A stretch of DNA of 64,000 nucleotides from Lingula anatina. Its lineage: Eukaryota > Animalia > Brachiopoda. The stretch spans positions 11,966,001 through 12,030,000 of the forward strand of contig CM120646.1 in the NCBI GenBank assembly GCA_051362555.1, in the 5' to 3' direction. Under the pieces are notes generated by a model. The model ran no database searches and was not told the origin of the DNA. It saw only the letters and a list, made by a program, of their open reading frames with translations. This document shows positions 1-14,264 of this stretch, one piece after another (position 1 is the first letter of the stretch; each line of letters begins with the position of its first letter). Made by a program: the position numbers and the translations under genes.

Positions 1-135
1 TATTAAATTATATCTTGAAATGCAAGATCCACCTGCACCAAGACTGAGGAATACACAAGTGACCAGCAAACATGCCACAGACGTGATCCAAAGGACCAAC
101 AATCACCCTGTAGTACTGTGGAGTCTATGTGTGGA

Positions 136-290
136 CCCAGGCTAAAATATCTTAAATCCAGGCTCAAACATTTCGACCCAGGCTCCAAGTTTTAAGAACC
201 AGGCTCAAACATTTAGAACCAGGCCATTACATTTAAATCCAGGCTCAAACATTTAGGCCCAGGCTCAAACATTTAGACCAAGTCTCAAAC
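136..290. repeat. ~20-21 bp minisatellite (CCAGGCTCAAACATTTAGA-like), about 8 degenerate copies
   Basis: Repeated CCAGGCT(C/A)AAACATTT units read directly, head to tail with no unique spacers. Confidence 0.85.
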
Positions 291-745
291 ACAGTGGAAA
301 TGAGGGGCAGATTACCGTATAGAAAATATGAAAGAGAGGTCCAAATTTGAACCGCTAACAGTACTGGCATAATATATCATCTGCGTTTTGAGGTATGTCT
401 TAAGTTTTTTTATGTGTTGAGGTAGAGGGGGTGGAGGGGGAGGAAGATATACCCCCCTGGAAAATGTTGTAATAAAATAACCACTGGTTTGAGAGTCAGT
501 ACAACAGGGCAATAGTTTGGTACCATTATCCACTACTCCTACAGCAACTACTACAGCCCTGCTCATAACAATACCCTCATATTAGCCACATGGTGACAGC
601 TCATCCAAAGTGCATTCCCTTCTTCAACCATCTCGTTATATCTGATGTGACAGAGACTAGGCATTCAATATTGGAACACAAGAAAGCCTTCTTCTAGACT
701 TGACAATGACTGCTACGTTGACATCTACTCACATAATATTTGTAC

Positions 746-751
746 TTTATT
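746..751 (-). terminator. candidate polyadenylation signal (AATAAA) of the PAR-bZIP gene
   Basis: TTTATT on + strand, about 260 nt downstream of the TGA at 1012-1014. The motif is common in AT-rich DNA. Confidence 0.35.
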
Positions 752-1011
752 TGGAAACCTATCACAAATGGCTTAATATATAGGTTATGAGCAATACTGG
801 AGTTTGGTGCAACATTGTATCATAATTATAATAATTACAGGTAGATAACTAGATTATTCCCTGAAAAGTCATGTATTATCTTCTGTCGTCACCATCTTCA
901 TGATGGCACCACTTATTGTCGTATAAATGAAGAGTATCTTCAACAGAGGTAGATGTCTTATTTTTTTCTTTTGACCTCAAATGGCCTTGACCTTGGAAGG
1001 CAGTCTTGACC

Positions 1012-1325
1012 TCAAGGTCGTGACCGCTTCTGGAGTAAAAGTTGCCTTAAGGAGTTTGCTTCTTCTCGCAAAGTAGCAACCTGAGCACGCAGAATTGCAT
1101 TTTCTTTTTCCAAAAAACTAGCCCGTATGGCAATTTCATCCTCCCGTGCTTTCCTGGCATCCCGTGATTTTTTGGCAGCACAATTGTTTCTTTTCCTTCG
1201 CTCGAAATACTTGTCATCTTTTGCTTCATCTGGGATGGCTTTTTTCTCACTTCTGGGTCGTTTCTGTGTCTGTTGGGTGGCTGCCAGGGCATGTGCCACT
1301 GCTGGAGACGTGGCTGCTTGGAGAT
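1012..1325 (-). CDS. PAR-bZIP transcription factor (CES-2/CG7786-like; TEF/HLF/DBP superfamily), terminal exon encoding the extended basic region and leucine zipper
   Basis: Translation KRPRSEKKAIPDEAKDDKYFERRKRNNCAAKKSRDARKAREDEIAIRASFLEKENAILRAQVATLREEANSLRQLLL has the PAR-family KD.KY..RR.RNN.AAK.SRD.R signature and Leu heptads. Acceptor ttcttttttccacag|AT (phase 1); stop TGA at 1014-1012. Confidence 0.95.
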
Positions 1326-4300
1326 CTGTGGAAAAAAGAAGTGATACAAAAATTAGGAAAATCATTTTTACACCTTTATTGATATAAATTATCAATAAAA
1401 AGGTTAAACTTTCTAAATTCTGAATGCAAGTTTTAATGTATGTTAACAATGTTATTCTAAATCTACCTGGAAAGATGAAGTCAACACAATTTTTAGACTA
1501 ATAATATTTGTAACTTGGCAACAGAGGTAATATATAAGCAATAGCAGATAATAAATACTTTGATCAGAAAAAAAAATCATCAAAGTTATCTATCTGCTAC
1601 TGATCAAGAAACTTGAAAAAGTTGAAAAGTTGATACACAAGCATCAATGGAAGGCGTGTTTGGATTAGGTAAGAATGTATCATGTCCTAAAGCATTCCAT
1701 GTAATAACAGTACTACCAAATTCTTGGTTGTCCAAGGGGCCACCACATCTTTTTGACAGGTGCTAATCAAGTTATATGCATGGTCAGTAAATACAGACAA
1801 GAAGAAGCAATGTCCAGTCACATTATTCACATAACAGTGCTCAAAATTTCATGACATGTGGTCATTAACAGCAATGACCATATGTCTTGAAAACAAGCTA
1901 GCTAACTTGTTTTCTTTCAAAAACACCAACACCAAAATTACACCTTCAGTCAACAATGAATGTGTCCGAAATAAACAAGCTCGTTTACTCTTATTACTTT
2001 TCATTCAAAAACCCCTAACTCTGAAAAATGACAGCATTCAGTGAACTTTTGAACCTCTCCCAGCCAGAATGTCACAACACGCAATGGTGGCAGACGTAGT
2101 CTGAGCGGAAAGCAAGGTGGGATGTTTTTGTGACATAATTATACATTTCCATGACTTGGAATGAGAGGAGAGTGGGGGAAGGATGTTGATTATCCAACTG
2201 GGACCTGGTTATTTTTGCCCCACTGCAGTGGGCTGACATGTAAAATGGGCAGTTTTAGACCTATTTTAGATCTAGGCAAATATGTGCCATGAAAATTTTA
2301 GCTTTACAAATACTAACTGTGCCGCAGCAATCTGGGATTTCCATGATGCAAGAAGTCAAATTTGTGGTTTAAAATGGTCCCCATGTGAATGCAAACTTGT
2401 ACTGCCTAACACCAAATATTTCTGTTGTCTAATATATTCCCATTTCTCAGTTTTATTTAATTTAATTGGAATCGAATTGGAATTCATTAAGAGTACATGC
2501 AAACACTGTGTAACAATATGTACTACCATCTGTTGTCCAAATTTGAAACCAAGCTGAATCGTTTTTCTATAATTCTGATTATATCTTTTCCAACAGTCAT
2601 AAATATTAAGCATTCCAATCAGTATTCTGATGACCAACTGCTTTAGACAATTTTAATTAATTTCATAACTGATTTAATACTGTTCACCAACTTCAACACT
2701 ACTTCTATTTCTTTGGTCGAGTTTGCTTAAAATGTTTGTTTAATATTTCCCTTTGCACAATATTTCACCATATCTATTTTTTTCAATCACAGCTAGGTAT
2801 CCCACCTCTTAAAAGCAGTGAAATGAAGCCAGGATCTCCAATCAATTCCAGTTGAAAGTAACTCCAAAAGCCATCAGTTCAGTTCAATTTTGATCCTAGG
2901 ATCAATTAGAGTTCCGATGATGTGGGATAGTAGAAGTACGACTAATCATTATGTACTGAGGTTTCCCTTCTCATAACACCTTGCTCTCTTTTTTTTTATC
3001 TCTCTCTTGCATGTGACTCAATCGGGTTCTGCCAACAGTGCTCCTGGTGTGGTATTACATGCGGAGGACCTTTAATTGAATCATTAACAATAGGGACTGG
3101 CAGCATAAAAGGGATTCAAGCTGATGATTTTCATATTACTTTCAGCTTCAGCAATCTCTCTCCCTTTTTTCAATTGTGTACTTTTATTTCATCCCAAATA
3201 TGCATTTATGTTAGGATGGCCTGTGTGTATATACGTGCCTGAGTGTGCGTGTGCATAAATTTGTTCTACAAAATCAGAAAAAAAATAGTGTAGCATAAGT
3301 GGAGTTTATAGGAAAGACTATTCCTTTCAAATACATTATTACATCCACACCCTGAGAGTGAACAACTATGATGGATTTGTCCGAAACTGATGCAGTGGTC
3401 TCTGATGAATAAACAAAACAAAATTCCCGTTGTAAGATTCACAAATAAATGCTCTGATTACCCATCCTACCCCCAATGCTCATCCCCACCCCCTGATGTC
3501 TACCCCCATTGAATGATCAGTCTCACCCCCCCCCCAAATGTCCATCCCAATCCCTGATGTCCATCCCCAATACTAATTTATTTATACATAATCCGTTGTA
3601 TCTCTTTATTATTACTATCATCATAACTCTCAACACTAAACTGAAAGGACAAACCTTCTTCATGCTACTGCAGAAAGAGTTAAATAATCTAGCAACATTG
3701 TCCAACCTTCATTAACTCAAATAACAAATTCACTGAAACGCTTGACCACGGCTGTAGGCATTTCTTTCTTGACCACAGGTGCTTTATGTACAGGTTAACA
3801 CAGTTCTGGACAACTCCCAACTTGGTTATGGCAATAACAGTCTGGCCAAACTAGCCTTTGCCATTTACCTAATCTAATAAAAGTCTTAGGAATGTGCCTG
3901 GTCTTATGGACCATCATGTTATACTAAAAGTCTGAATCTGTTTTCACTTGACATCATTAAGTTTCTAAAACATGAAAAAAAGAAAGAACCAAGAAAAGTG
4001 GAACAGAAAGAAATCGTTAATCAAAGCCACTCTCCATCCTTCCATTAAATTCAAATGACATTCACAGTCACAAATATCCATGTTTGCTCTCCATTCATTT
4101 GTTTGTCACGATATCAAAAATACACTTTGTGTTTAAATAAAACAGGAATCTTTAGCTGTAGAGATGCGCCTAATTACATCAGTCGGATACATTTCTTTAG
4201 AAACAGATGGCTTCAGTACGTAACCCTCCTTTTTAAAATGGATTTTACTCCTAAAGTAAAATATATTCAGATGCTAAGCTGCAAAATCTCCAAGTCAAAT

Positions 4301-5204
4301 TGTCTCCTTTAATTAGCAATGTGACTCTAATAGGAACCTTCTGCAGGTAAAGGCATGCCTGTGTTCTTTTTATTGTTTTACAAATTCATGGTATAAAAAA
4401 AACTATTATTTGTTTCTCTTTTCTTTGTCCAAGCTAAATTTTGTTTCTGAGTAATTTCAGTACTAGTATCTCTGATCATATCTCTGTCTACAATAAAAGA
4501 TGCCACTTTCCTCAGCTGGCGTCCAGAAACTGGAACAGAAACAAAACGCTTATTGCATTTTTTTGATGTAAATTACTCTAATCTAGTGTCAGATGCAGGA
4601 GATAATGCAGCAGAAATACCCAAGTGAAAAAAAAAAAAAAAAAAAAAAAAACACTTGGCCAGGCAAAAGTAAAGCAATCAACAGATATGGTATGCATTCA
4701 AAATTTTTAAACACCTTAATCTCTCAAATATTGTATATGATTATTCTTCAGTTGAATGTCTATATCTCACAAAGGTATATTTCTGTGATGTACACTACAA
4801 TTTGCTTCAAAAACGAAACACAGTGGATATTATATTTGTATCATTTTGCTTTTAGCATTTGAAATTTATCATAACTAATGCCATGTTCAAATTTTAAAGA
4901 GGCATCTCAATTTACAAGCAAAGCATGAAAGGGTTTTTTGAAATTATCTAAAATAAGTTTGATGAAAAAAAAAAAGATGCAACCTACTTCCATTCAGTCA
5001 ATTCTTCAAAATATTACCTGTGCAGGTAAAACAAGTTAAACAAACAGGGTTCCATCCAGGTATTGGAATCCACATATTTCAAGGCCCAGAAATATCACGC
5101 TGTGTTTTGCCTCTTACATCAACCACACCACTGACTGATCTAACAGGTACAGTGAGATCTGGGGATTACGACATAAATAACTGTACAGATTTAAGGTCCA
5201 GGGG

Positions 5205-5252
<48 letters not shown>

Positions 5253-7491
5253 GGGGTTGAAAATACAGATTAACAATGCAGTGTCTGTCTTACTTTGTGA
5301 TAGAATTGTGATAGAATGATATCTCTCATAGATATCTTCAAAAATAGTGAGTGTGGTTACATCTAGGGCCTTTTTGTGTGTGTATGTGTGTGTGTGTGTG
5401 TAAATATATATATGCACTTTAGCCTTAATAATGGGCTTTTTTTTCTAATTCTTACTTCTGTACCTAATTTCTAAGTATAATACTACTATGGATTAAGAAG
5501 ACCAAATTTTTCACCAATCTGTTGGCATTTTTTTTTTTTCAAATCGGTTTCCAGCTGGTCAGTTAAGAAGTCTGAAATGCCACTCCACCTAAAGGCCACT
5601 GAGTACTAATGACCTGTATATTACCCAGCTAATAACAAGCCAGTCTGGTCAGTGCATATGACCAAAGTCCAGCTTTTAAGTGGACAGACAGACTTATTAC
5701 CCACAACACTTAACATGCATACCTACAGGTAATTAAGAATGATCCTTTGCTCACCATTAAGTGTGGCTGTGATACAGAATTATCTGAAGTCATGTTGACC
5801 TTTTCATCCCTGAAGCATATTTCACCAACAAAGAATAAACTTTTAACTAATTCTACTTTTCTACATTTATAAATGCTCCTCACACACTATTTTTTTTCCA
5901 TTTTTGAAAATTCTGAACATAAGCTCATTAAATCTCATTCGCTAAAACAGTGCATTTATTTTCTTGTTATCACCCAAGTGCAGTTACCCTCAAGTTACCA
6001 AAAATTATTTTTCTTAGTCACTGAAACCTGTGACAACTGCCCCATAACCTGCCACCAAATAGTTTGATATAATGCCCATGCAATAATACAACAACATAAA
6101 TGCTATCTTTCCATCCAACTACCCCCTTTGACAGCCCCAAGCTGGGTCAAGTGCACTGAGTGGCCATCCCTCTGCAAATGTTACAGCTCATCTAATGAGG
6201 GAATCTATTTCAACATTGCCCTATCATCTCTATGCAAAAATGGAACCTCAATGGATTGCCAATACAATATAATCCTCCAGGGAAAGCGTTATCTTGGAAA
6301 AAATATATTCTACTGGCAAAAATAGAAGCCACCATTTTAACCATTGTGGGCTCCAACTGACAGCGTATTTCATCTCAGGAAATGGGAAGAATTCAATTAG
6401 TTTCTGAGAAGAGAGCAAGGTGTGCCAATGTTGAGGTGCTTTTGCGCTAGTTGGGTTGTTTTTTTCCTCAAGTGTTATCGCTGTGTTGCATGAAGTCATG
6501 CCTCTTGTCCTGTGGACTTGGCAATGGACAGGCAATTATGATTGAAAACATCTGATACCAACGTTTTTTATCTTTTTTAAAATCTTTTTCCTTTCCTAAT
6601 AATTTCACCAGATAATGCTAGTTAATCAGTCAACACAAATCTTACACATATTTATCAACAAAACCAATTGTACAACTGATGGTATAATTTGTTCAGACAA
6701 CCCAAAAATGCCACCACAATCTCACAAATTTATCAACAGCTGCATGCAAGGAGCACTATTTTTGGTTTTTGTAAATCAAAATCTAGCTTTCATTTTCTTG
6801 AGTATCACAAAACCTGCTTCAAAAAAAAAAAAAAAAGGGGGGGGGGGGAGATGGCTGTTCATCCAATAGTATGTAGGTTAGATATAGCTGAGATTAAGAA
6901 CCACTGGAGCTGAGACCGATCAACCAAGATGGTTTTGAGACTACGAAATAACCTGGCTAATCCATTTCCTTATACATTGACAATAATTACAGCGAAACTG
7001 TTTCTGGTTTTAAGCAAATGCGAGCAGGGGTTAGGTCTATTGCACAAAGTCCTGTCTGTAATGGAAACAATATGGTAATACATTCAGAAGAAATCCATGG
7101 GTCAGCGGTTATCAATAGAGCACACAGCTTGTGCAACGGTGGGTAATGAACAGAGGCAGCATATATACAAGCTAGCTGACTTCACGGCCAGGTTAAAAAG
7201 TACTTGATAATATATCACACAGGGATTCAAATTGTCATGTGTTTCCCCACCCAAGTGGGAGCACCACATATAGCTCCCCTACACATACTCAATGGATCTT
7301 TTGAGTTTGGTAATTGATACAGGCATGTTTTTGGGTGTTTTTAGTTGTATCTTTCTACCAAAATCAGTCAGTGCAATACATTATGTGCTCTTTTTTTCCA
7401 TTTTGATTTTCATCATTGCAACTGCAAACATGAAGAAGAGTACTTCATGATTAATACCTATCCTGGGTTATCTTAACAACTAAGCTAATTA

Positions 7492-7714
7492 TACCCCCTT
7501 TACACTGGACGGCGTCCTTTCTGCGTCCTCTCTGCGACCATGAAATTTGGCAACGCTGTGGTCTTAATAAGGAGGCACGAGCATGGATTTTGTATCAGAA
7601 TGAATGCTCAATGAACAGCAAGTTGCCGGCACGTAAAGTATTATAATTTTTTAACTCTCAAATGGGGCCGGACTGCTGGACGCAGAGAGGACGCCGTCCA
7701 GTGTAAAGGGGGCT
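7492..7714. mobile_element. PIF/Harbinger-type MITE
   Basis: ~35-bp TIRs CCCCCTTTACACTGGACGGCGTCCT... / ...AGGACGCCGTCCAGTGTAAAGGGGG, flanked by TTA on both sides. Confidence 0.8.
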
Positions 7715-10700
7715 TTACTAAAGAAGTAACCTGACTGAGGTGACCCAACAGTGGATTGACAAAAGGACTTCAAATTCTAAGACTCCACTGGGCGTCCCTG
7801 TAAATGATGAGGAGGCCACTTTAATAAAAGATCGAGCTACAGCCCAAAAATGGGTCCTAACTTTAACACCAATAATTTGGTCTACTTCAGTTCATGATAA
7901 ATCAGCTGTTTGTCCATTTGAATAAAGTAGATATCAGTCAATAGCAGTGGACATAGATCTCCTGCTATAAAACACTAGAGTCAGTTTGGTGGATATGCAT
8001 GAGGTTCATGTAAACTCTGGTTGAAAACCGGGCCACAGAAATGCACTCAGTAACCTTTGCCATGGACGTCAAGCAATCTTCTTAAAAAGTGCCATCTTAG
8101 ACTTTGCTGGGTCTCTTCATTTCCTTTCTGGAAATTCAATTAACATGTTCTTTTCTACTGAACAGAAACATGTATGGAGTGGAAATATGTTGGAAAAAGC
8201 AAATCCCAGATTGGCAGGGGAAAATACATAAGTATGTCTCTTTAACTAAGGTACTTGGAAATGGGTTCTATAATACTTGTTTTAAGCTTTAGAAGATCCG
8301 CCCTAGAACTCAATGCACTAAGGAATTCAAGGTTGTCAATGTGGGCTTTGCACTTCTGAAATGTCAACTCTACAGTGATGCATGTACTCTTATCTAGCTC
8401 AGATCAAGTTAACGTAAACACCCATTCGCTTTTCAAAGGAATTCTAGGAACAAAATAAATGTGCAGTGGGCGATTCTGGGAAAAATTGATAACAACAACT
8501 AGATGACATCATCAATAACATGTCACTGCTTGAAAGATATAATGACTTTTAATAGGCAACCTTAGTGTGCTTGCACTCTCAAAGCTAATAGCCTGGAGAT
8601 TTCGATATTATTTCTACTATGGAGTTGCACCTCTAGAAATCTCCCTAGTCTTTGGTTTCTTATCTTAATATAAAGAATCTAGGCGCTTACATGATAATGT
8701 TCAGATGAAGAATTCCTGTAGAATTAAAAGATATTCCTTTGATTTGATTCATTTATATATATATATTTTTTTTTCCTAAAGGGCAAGGCCAAAGTCCTCA
8801 TGCATTAATTATAATCCTTTAAAGTTGCATGGTAAGCGGGTATTTGTATTAAAGCATTGCCATTAAACACAATCAAATGCCACCATAATGGTTCAAATAA
8901 TATAACTTACAGCAATACCACATTACATTCATTACATTATTTCCCAGAAAATGATATTCGTACAGATATTTTCTGCTTACTGTCTACTTTCATCACATAT
9001 AAACTGCTCCAGTAGTTATTGACTGTACCCTTGAAGCACATGCCAGTGAACATTAAAATGATACGGAGGGGAAAATATAAATACTTTCACCTTCAATTTC
9101 TATACCAGGCATTATACTTTTTAAAGGCATTAATATTGCCCAAAACGTTGACAACATTGTAATGCTAACTATAATGCAGGAATGCATTATAATTTCACAA
9201 TCTAGCATAACAAGCACTGACATTTTTTATCATTTCTGCATCACGTTTAAGTACAGCACTTTATCTCCAATAACATTGATCTTGCCTTCAAATCTAAACA
9301 AATTAAATTAAAAGCAATAGATAGATGACCTCTTTTCTGTGAAAGAAACATATTGTGCATTCGCAATTATCTATTAACACCATACTTCTGTTCTTAATCC
9401 ATGATAACTCTGCATGAACTGTGTTGATTGCAGTTCAGTTGGCCTGTCCACAGCATGTGGTGCAAGCAACACCCATTACCAAGATTCAAGAAACAACTGA
9501 CCTTCTCGAAATAATTAGCATGTGCCATTTATATCAATAGTGAAGTGATCTAGAGAATATAAATGTGAATGCATCCTGAAAAGAAGTCCACAAGAAGACC
9601 TGTAAACTAAATTATTCTCTTTTCATTCTCTCATAATTGATTAAGAGAAAGTGGGGAAACGTACTAGGTGCTAGTGCTTGCGTACTTAAATCCAGACCAA
9701 CAAGTCTAACTGATACAACAAATTTTAGTCACCTTGGTGCGGGTGGGTGGGAGAGCGTGTTTGTGTGTGTGTGTATAAGAGCAAACACCGGTTTAAACTC
9801 TTACACCTACTTTTTCTCCTTTTTTTTTCCTTCAGTTATGTTGTGAAACTAGCCCCTTCATGGTAAGTCCAAGGTCTCTTCTGCAAAAAGTACGTAGACT
9901 TTCCACTGGTTGTCCATTTATTCTACTCCACTATATTGCTATATCTAGTTTTACTCTAGTAACTGTCTAGTAATTCTAGCAATATAAAGGAGTTGTTGTT
10001 GACTAGGGCTGCTTTGATAAGTGTTTTATTTTATTATGCGATGTGTGTTACTTAAACTGCCATAAGGGGATGGCCTCTTCACTGGTATAGTCTAGTTCTA
10101 GTGAAATAAAAACCTTGATATCTGTCAATTGTCTGAGGATTCTCATGTTACTCTAGTGCAACTTATGAAAGATTCAAATATTTACAATTCATTGTAAGTA
10201 AATTCAGTCAGTAAATACTTCACAGCATGGCTTCCAAATATGCTATGCTGATTTCCTTATGCCCTGATAGCTTTGTATTTAAATCCCATTGGAAGAAAAA
10301 CAAATCCATCTATTTTTTTTTTTTTTAATCTTAGGAAATGACTCTACATATACAATTGCAATTTGAACACACAGCAGTCAGCTATGACAAATAAATTCAT
10401 TACACTTGCTTCACGAGGAAAGCAATCCTGAATAACCATAATGGCAATACGCATAAAATTTGCACCAAGATGCTTTTTCCTTGAAACAAAAACACATTTA
10501 CCCATTTAGGGTTTAGTCACGGCAATGTATTCTATTCTGCACAGATCAATAATAATTTCATCTCAGCTTTTTGTAACTGGCATTGATGTAACATCAATTG
10601 CTGCACTTGAACTTCTCTTTTTAAACAAATTCAGCCTCCTGGCTTAGCTATATACATTTGATAGCGCAGCTTTGTGTTATTCAAACTCACAGACGAATCC

Positions 10701-13700
10701 ACCATTCTGGCCCTTAGCTGTAGTAACGAAGGATGGTGGCATGTGTCTTATGAAAATTACAGAGGGAAGCTGGCGTTGCTTTGTTGGTTTTAATTGCGAT
10801 ACTCTCTGCAGTGGTGTTATAAAAAGACATATGGGAAATGAATCCCAACAGCTTGCTTATGGGAATTCACTTGAAATACACTTAACTTGATGTCACATTG
10901 ACTTTTCATCTATTTATAAAACACACGCACACACACCACAGCAAAATCACAAATCCATAGAGCAGATATTCTGATTAATCATCTTGCTTAGTACAAAGAG
11001 CTAAACCCAACAATTCACGTGTGGAATATTGGCAATCGACCCCCTTTCCCCCTCCAAATTGAAAAGGCTTGGAAGGTGAAAAGCATGCAATGCACCATGG
11101 AGTGCAAACACGCACTCAACAATGAAAGAAAATTTCTTATCATTGGGGAAAAAAAATGAAGACTATCAATATATTATCAAACCACCCGTTCCGCAACAAT
11201 AAACTTAACAGTAAACTTTGAAGCCTGTAGGCTATTTGAACGCAACTGTTCATCGTTAAGTAATGGTACTGTCACATACTGCATAAAGCATTAACGTATG
11301 AGAAAAATTGCCTAGATGCAGACAAATGCACATATTCATTAGACTTAAGTGGTATGCTCCTCTAGTAGGTATACAAGCATAGGTGTACGTTTGCATACCA
11401 GGAGGAAGATAAAAATAGCTTATAAAATGTTTTGAGCAAGTTGAATCTTTATTTTGTTATGCTGGAAACAAGGGTGATTTCATATTCAAAGTTGTGGGTA
11501 TAATCGATGTCACATATGATACTCATACAGACCTCTTTATGCAGGGTGTGACAGAGTTTTAATACAGGAAAAAGAGGCCATGTTATGATTTCACAAATTC
11601 TACCTATGTGATGTGAATATAAATACATCCATGCCTATATATATATATATATATTGATGCATCTTTGAAGATCTACATTACAGTTGTAAAATACAATCCG
11701 AGCTTTTGGCCCAGCAGGGGCGGATTGAGGCCGTCTTCTGGGTCTGCTAGAAGACGATCAGATTTTCATGTTTACATTGAAGGGTATCCCATTTTTTCTT
11801 TCGGAAGACAGTCAAAAATGGAGGATGGAGGATGGACCAACAAAGATAATTTGGGAGACTGTGAGAAAATATCTCTGAACACACACCTGTCCAGGATACA
11901 CGATTCACAAGAATGACCCAAATGACCCCGAACTTAAAAATGATGCTGGACTTAAAAATTTTGTAAGGTTCAACAGGTATGTCCACTGAGGTCAAGAGGT
12001 CAGGTGCATGTCATGTACCCCCTTAATTATTGATAAAAATTATTCAAAATGTTTGTGAAGAAGAAAGGTATTATTTGTTCAGGGGACCATATCGTATCAT
12101 TTGACCATAGCATGCAAATGTTCTTGTCAGAAGCATGCCAAGATGGGCTACAGTAACTACTCAATAAATTTGAACAAAACTGATGATCTCTGTGGGCAAA
12201 AAACCCATATCAAGTCAACAAAAAGACCAGAACAACATTTTGAATTTTGAATAGGGTCGTGGCAAAAATCCATTTTATTTAAAAGTTTTTTGGTGTTACT
12301 TAAAAATAATAAATCCTGAAAAAACTTAGATACTGATATTGTCAAGGCTTTCAAAATTGTGAGCATTTACCGTACAAACACAGGAGGACTGGTCAGGTAA
12401 TCGCTCCATCTTAAGAGGCATGTTCCTTGTCCTTCGTGATTACCTTAGCATGAAAGGAAACTACCAGGGGAAGAGGTGGTTGTTGTGTATAGATAGCATG
12501 CAATAAGGGTTGCTTATCTCCTAAGAATAGAATGTCTTTTCTCCCCCCCCCCCCCCTCCCCCCCAACCACACACACACACAACTGGCTAGGTACAATTGC
12601 AACACAATTTTATTTAGGCATCCAAATATTATTTCCAATAGGACATAACAAAAACATCCCTTTCATAATGGAAAGTAATAATCTTGGTATACTTCTGATT
12701 TGGCAAAAAAAACAACTTTAAAATATTCATGTCAGTATATTAGTAACAAATACTGATATCAACATCCATTGAAATGTAGAGCCCATGGGGAGGATACAGG
12801 TTTGGAGGAAATGTTCCAGTCCTGAGCAAAGATTAATTATTATGATGACAGTGACACCAAGATGATTCCAGTTTTATGACCACCATGACACTGTGCTTTG
12901 GAAACTGTGACAATGGCACCTTTCTCTGAGTGAACTGGGCTTCCTTAGGTGAAAACAATTCACTAGATGACCTACACTGCTTGAGTAATGTCACTGACTT
13001 AGAAGGTTTCTTCTTATGTCATACAACCCATTGACTTCATTAGATGTGTTATAAACACAATACAAACCACAGTTATTGATTACTTTAGTTATCAAGGATG
13101 CTGATCGGCTCACTTTCTTCTTGGTAAATTTTAAGCAATGTACTATGTTCATTGCCACTGATGGCTATAACTTTACCCAATAAATTGAGTTTTATGTTAT
13201 TACTAAGTATTATTACTTTTTAGTTATCTTTGCTTTACATAGTGAAAATGGTTTACAACTAGATGTTATACTGAATTTAAATGAAGGTTGATCTGGAACA
13301 TTTCCATACATTTATGGACATTGCAAGGGCACCCTAAAACCACTGGTGATGAAGATGCAAGTCTTGCTATACACTCCTCACCTTTGATAACTTCTCATCA
13401 ATTTATTTGTTAATTATATTTTGCTTATGTTTATATTAAAATGTAAAAATTTGAATGGACTCCATTTTGTCTCACTTATAAATAATGATAACATATCAAT
13501 TTTATTCCTTTCAACTTACAATTGACATATTTTCTAAACCATTTGGAATCATATGAACTGCTTCAAAGTTATAATTAGTATTCAAGCAGCAATTACCCCT
13601 GAGGATAAAAAATTTCATTACCTATACCACATAAAATAAAATGTTATGCTAATAGCAATAGTATCAGGGATCCAAATGTGTTGATTGCATGGCCAACTCA

Positions 13701-14083
13701 GCCCAACTGTCATGTTTGCAATGTACCCTCCAGAAATATGCTACATGAAGAACCAAACGTGAAATTGTAAAATCAAACGTAATTAAACTGCAGCAGATTT
13801 TTAGATGCCATAAGCAGGATTTCAGTTGAAAAGACTAAAAAAAATATGAAAACATCATTTTTGATCACTTTTGTAAAGTGCACTTTCAAACTTATTATCT
13901 GCATACTCAAATATATATGAAGGGAATCATACAAGATTGCCTAAAATGAGGCTGTCGGCATTGCGTGACGTCAAATAAGCCTAGAAAACTCATGAGAATC
14001 TACGTAAAGTGGGTCAGCTGTTTAGGGAAAATGGTGAATACGTAAGCACAACACAGAACATCAACTCCTACTGTAGAGAGATA

Positions 14084-14264
14084 CTGTCTGGGGTAGCGCT
14101 AACACTCGCCAATTTAGCCAAATGCAAAAACTGACATAAATTGACTAAACAAAAAGGGCTTGATTTGACTTGTTTTAGTCAAATTATAACCTTTTGGATA
14201 ACAAATTGACAAAAAAGTGGTGATTTGGCTAAGAGAAAAAAAATGCTAGCGCTACCCCAGACTG
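14084..14264. mobile_element. MITE with ~21-bp TIRs, TA-flanked
   Basis: CTGTCTGGGGTAGCGCTAACA ... TGCTAGCGCTACCCCAGACTG, with TA on each side. Confidence 0.7.

Noticed and set aside
136-290. Regularly spaced ~20-bp repeats resembling a CRISPR array
   Set aside because: Units are contiguous with no unique spacers, there are no cas genes and the context is eukaryotic; it is a minisatellite.
1326-1449. Hydrophobic N-terminal extension of the 145-aa ORF (MLTYIKTC...LLFST)
   Set aside because: Intronic read-through upstream of a strong polypyrimidine/CAG acceptor at 1326-1328; not a signal or TM segment of the bZIP protein.
11520-12360. Region that looks like an old repeat or transposon remnant
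   Set aside because: I could not define TIRs, a TSD or coding similarity by eye.
13966-13973. Perfect CRE palindrome TGACGTCA (also at 60274)
   Set aside because: Isolated 8-mers with no supporting context; expected by chance at this window size.
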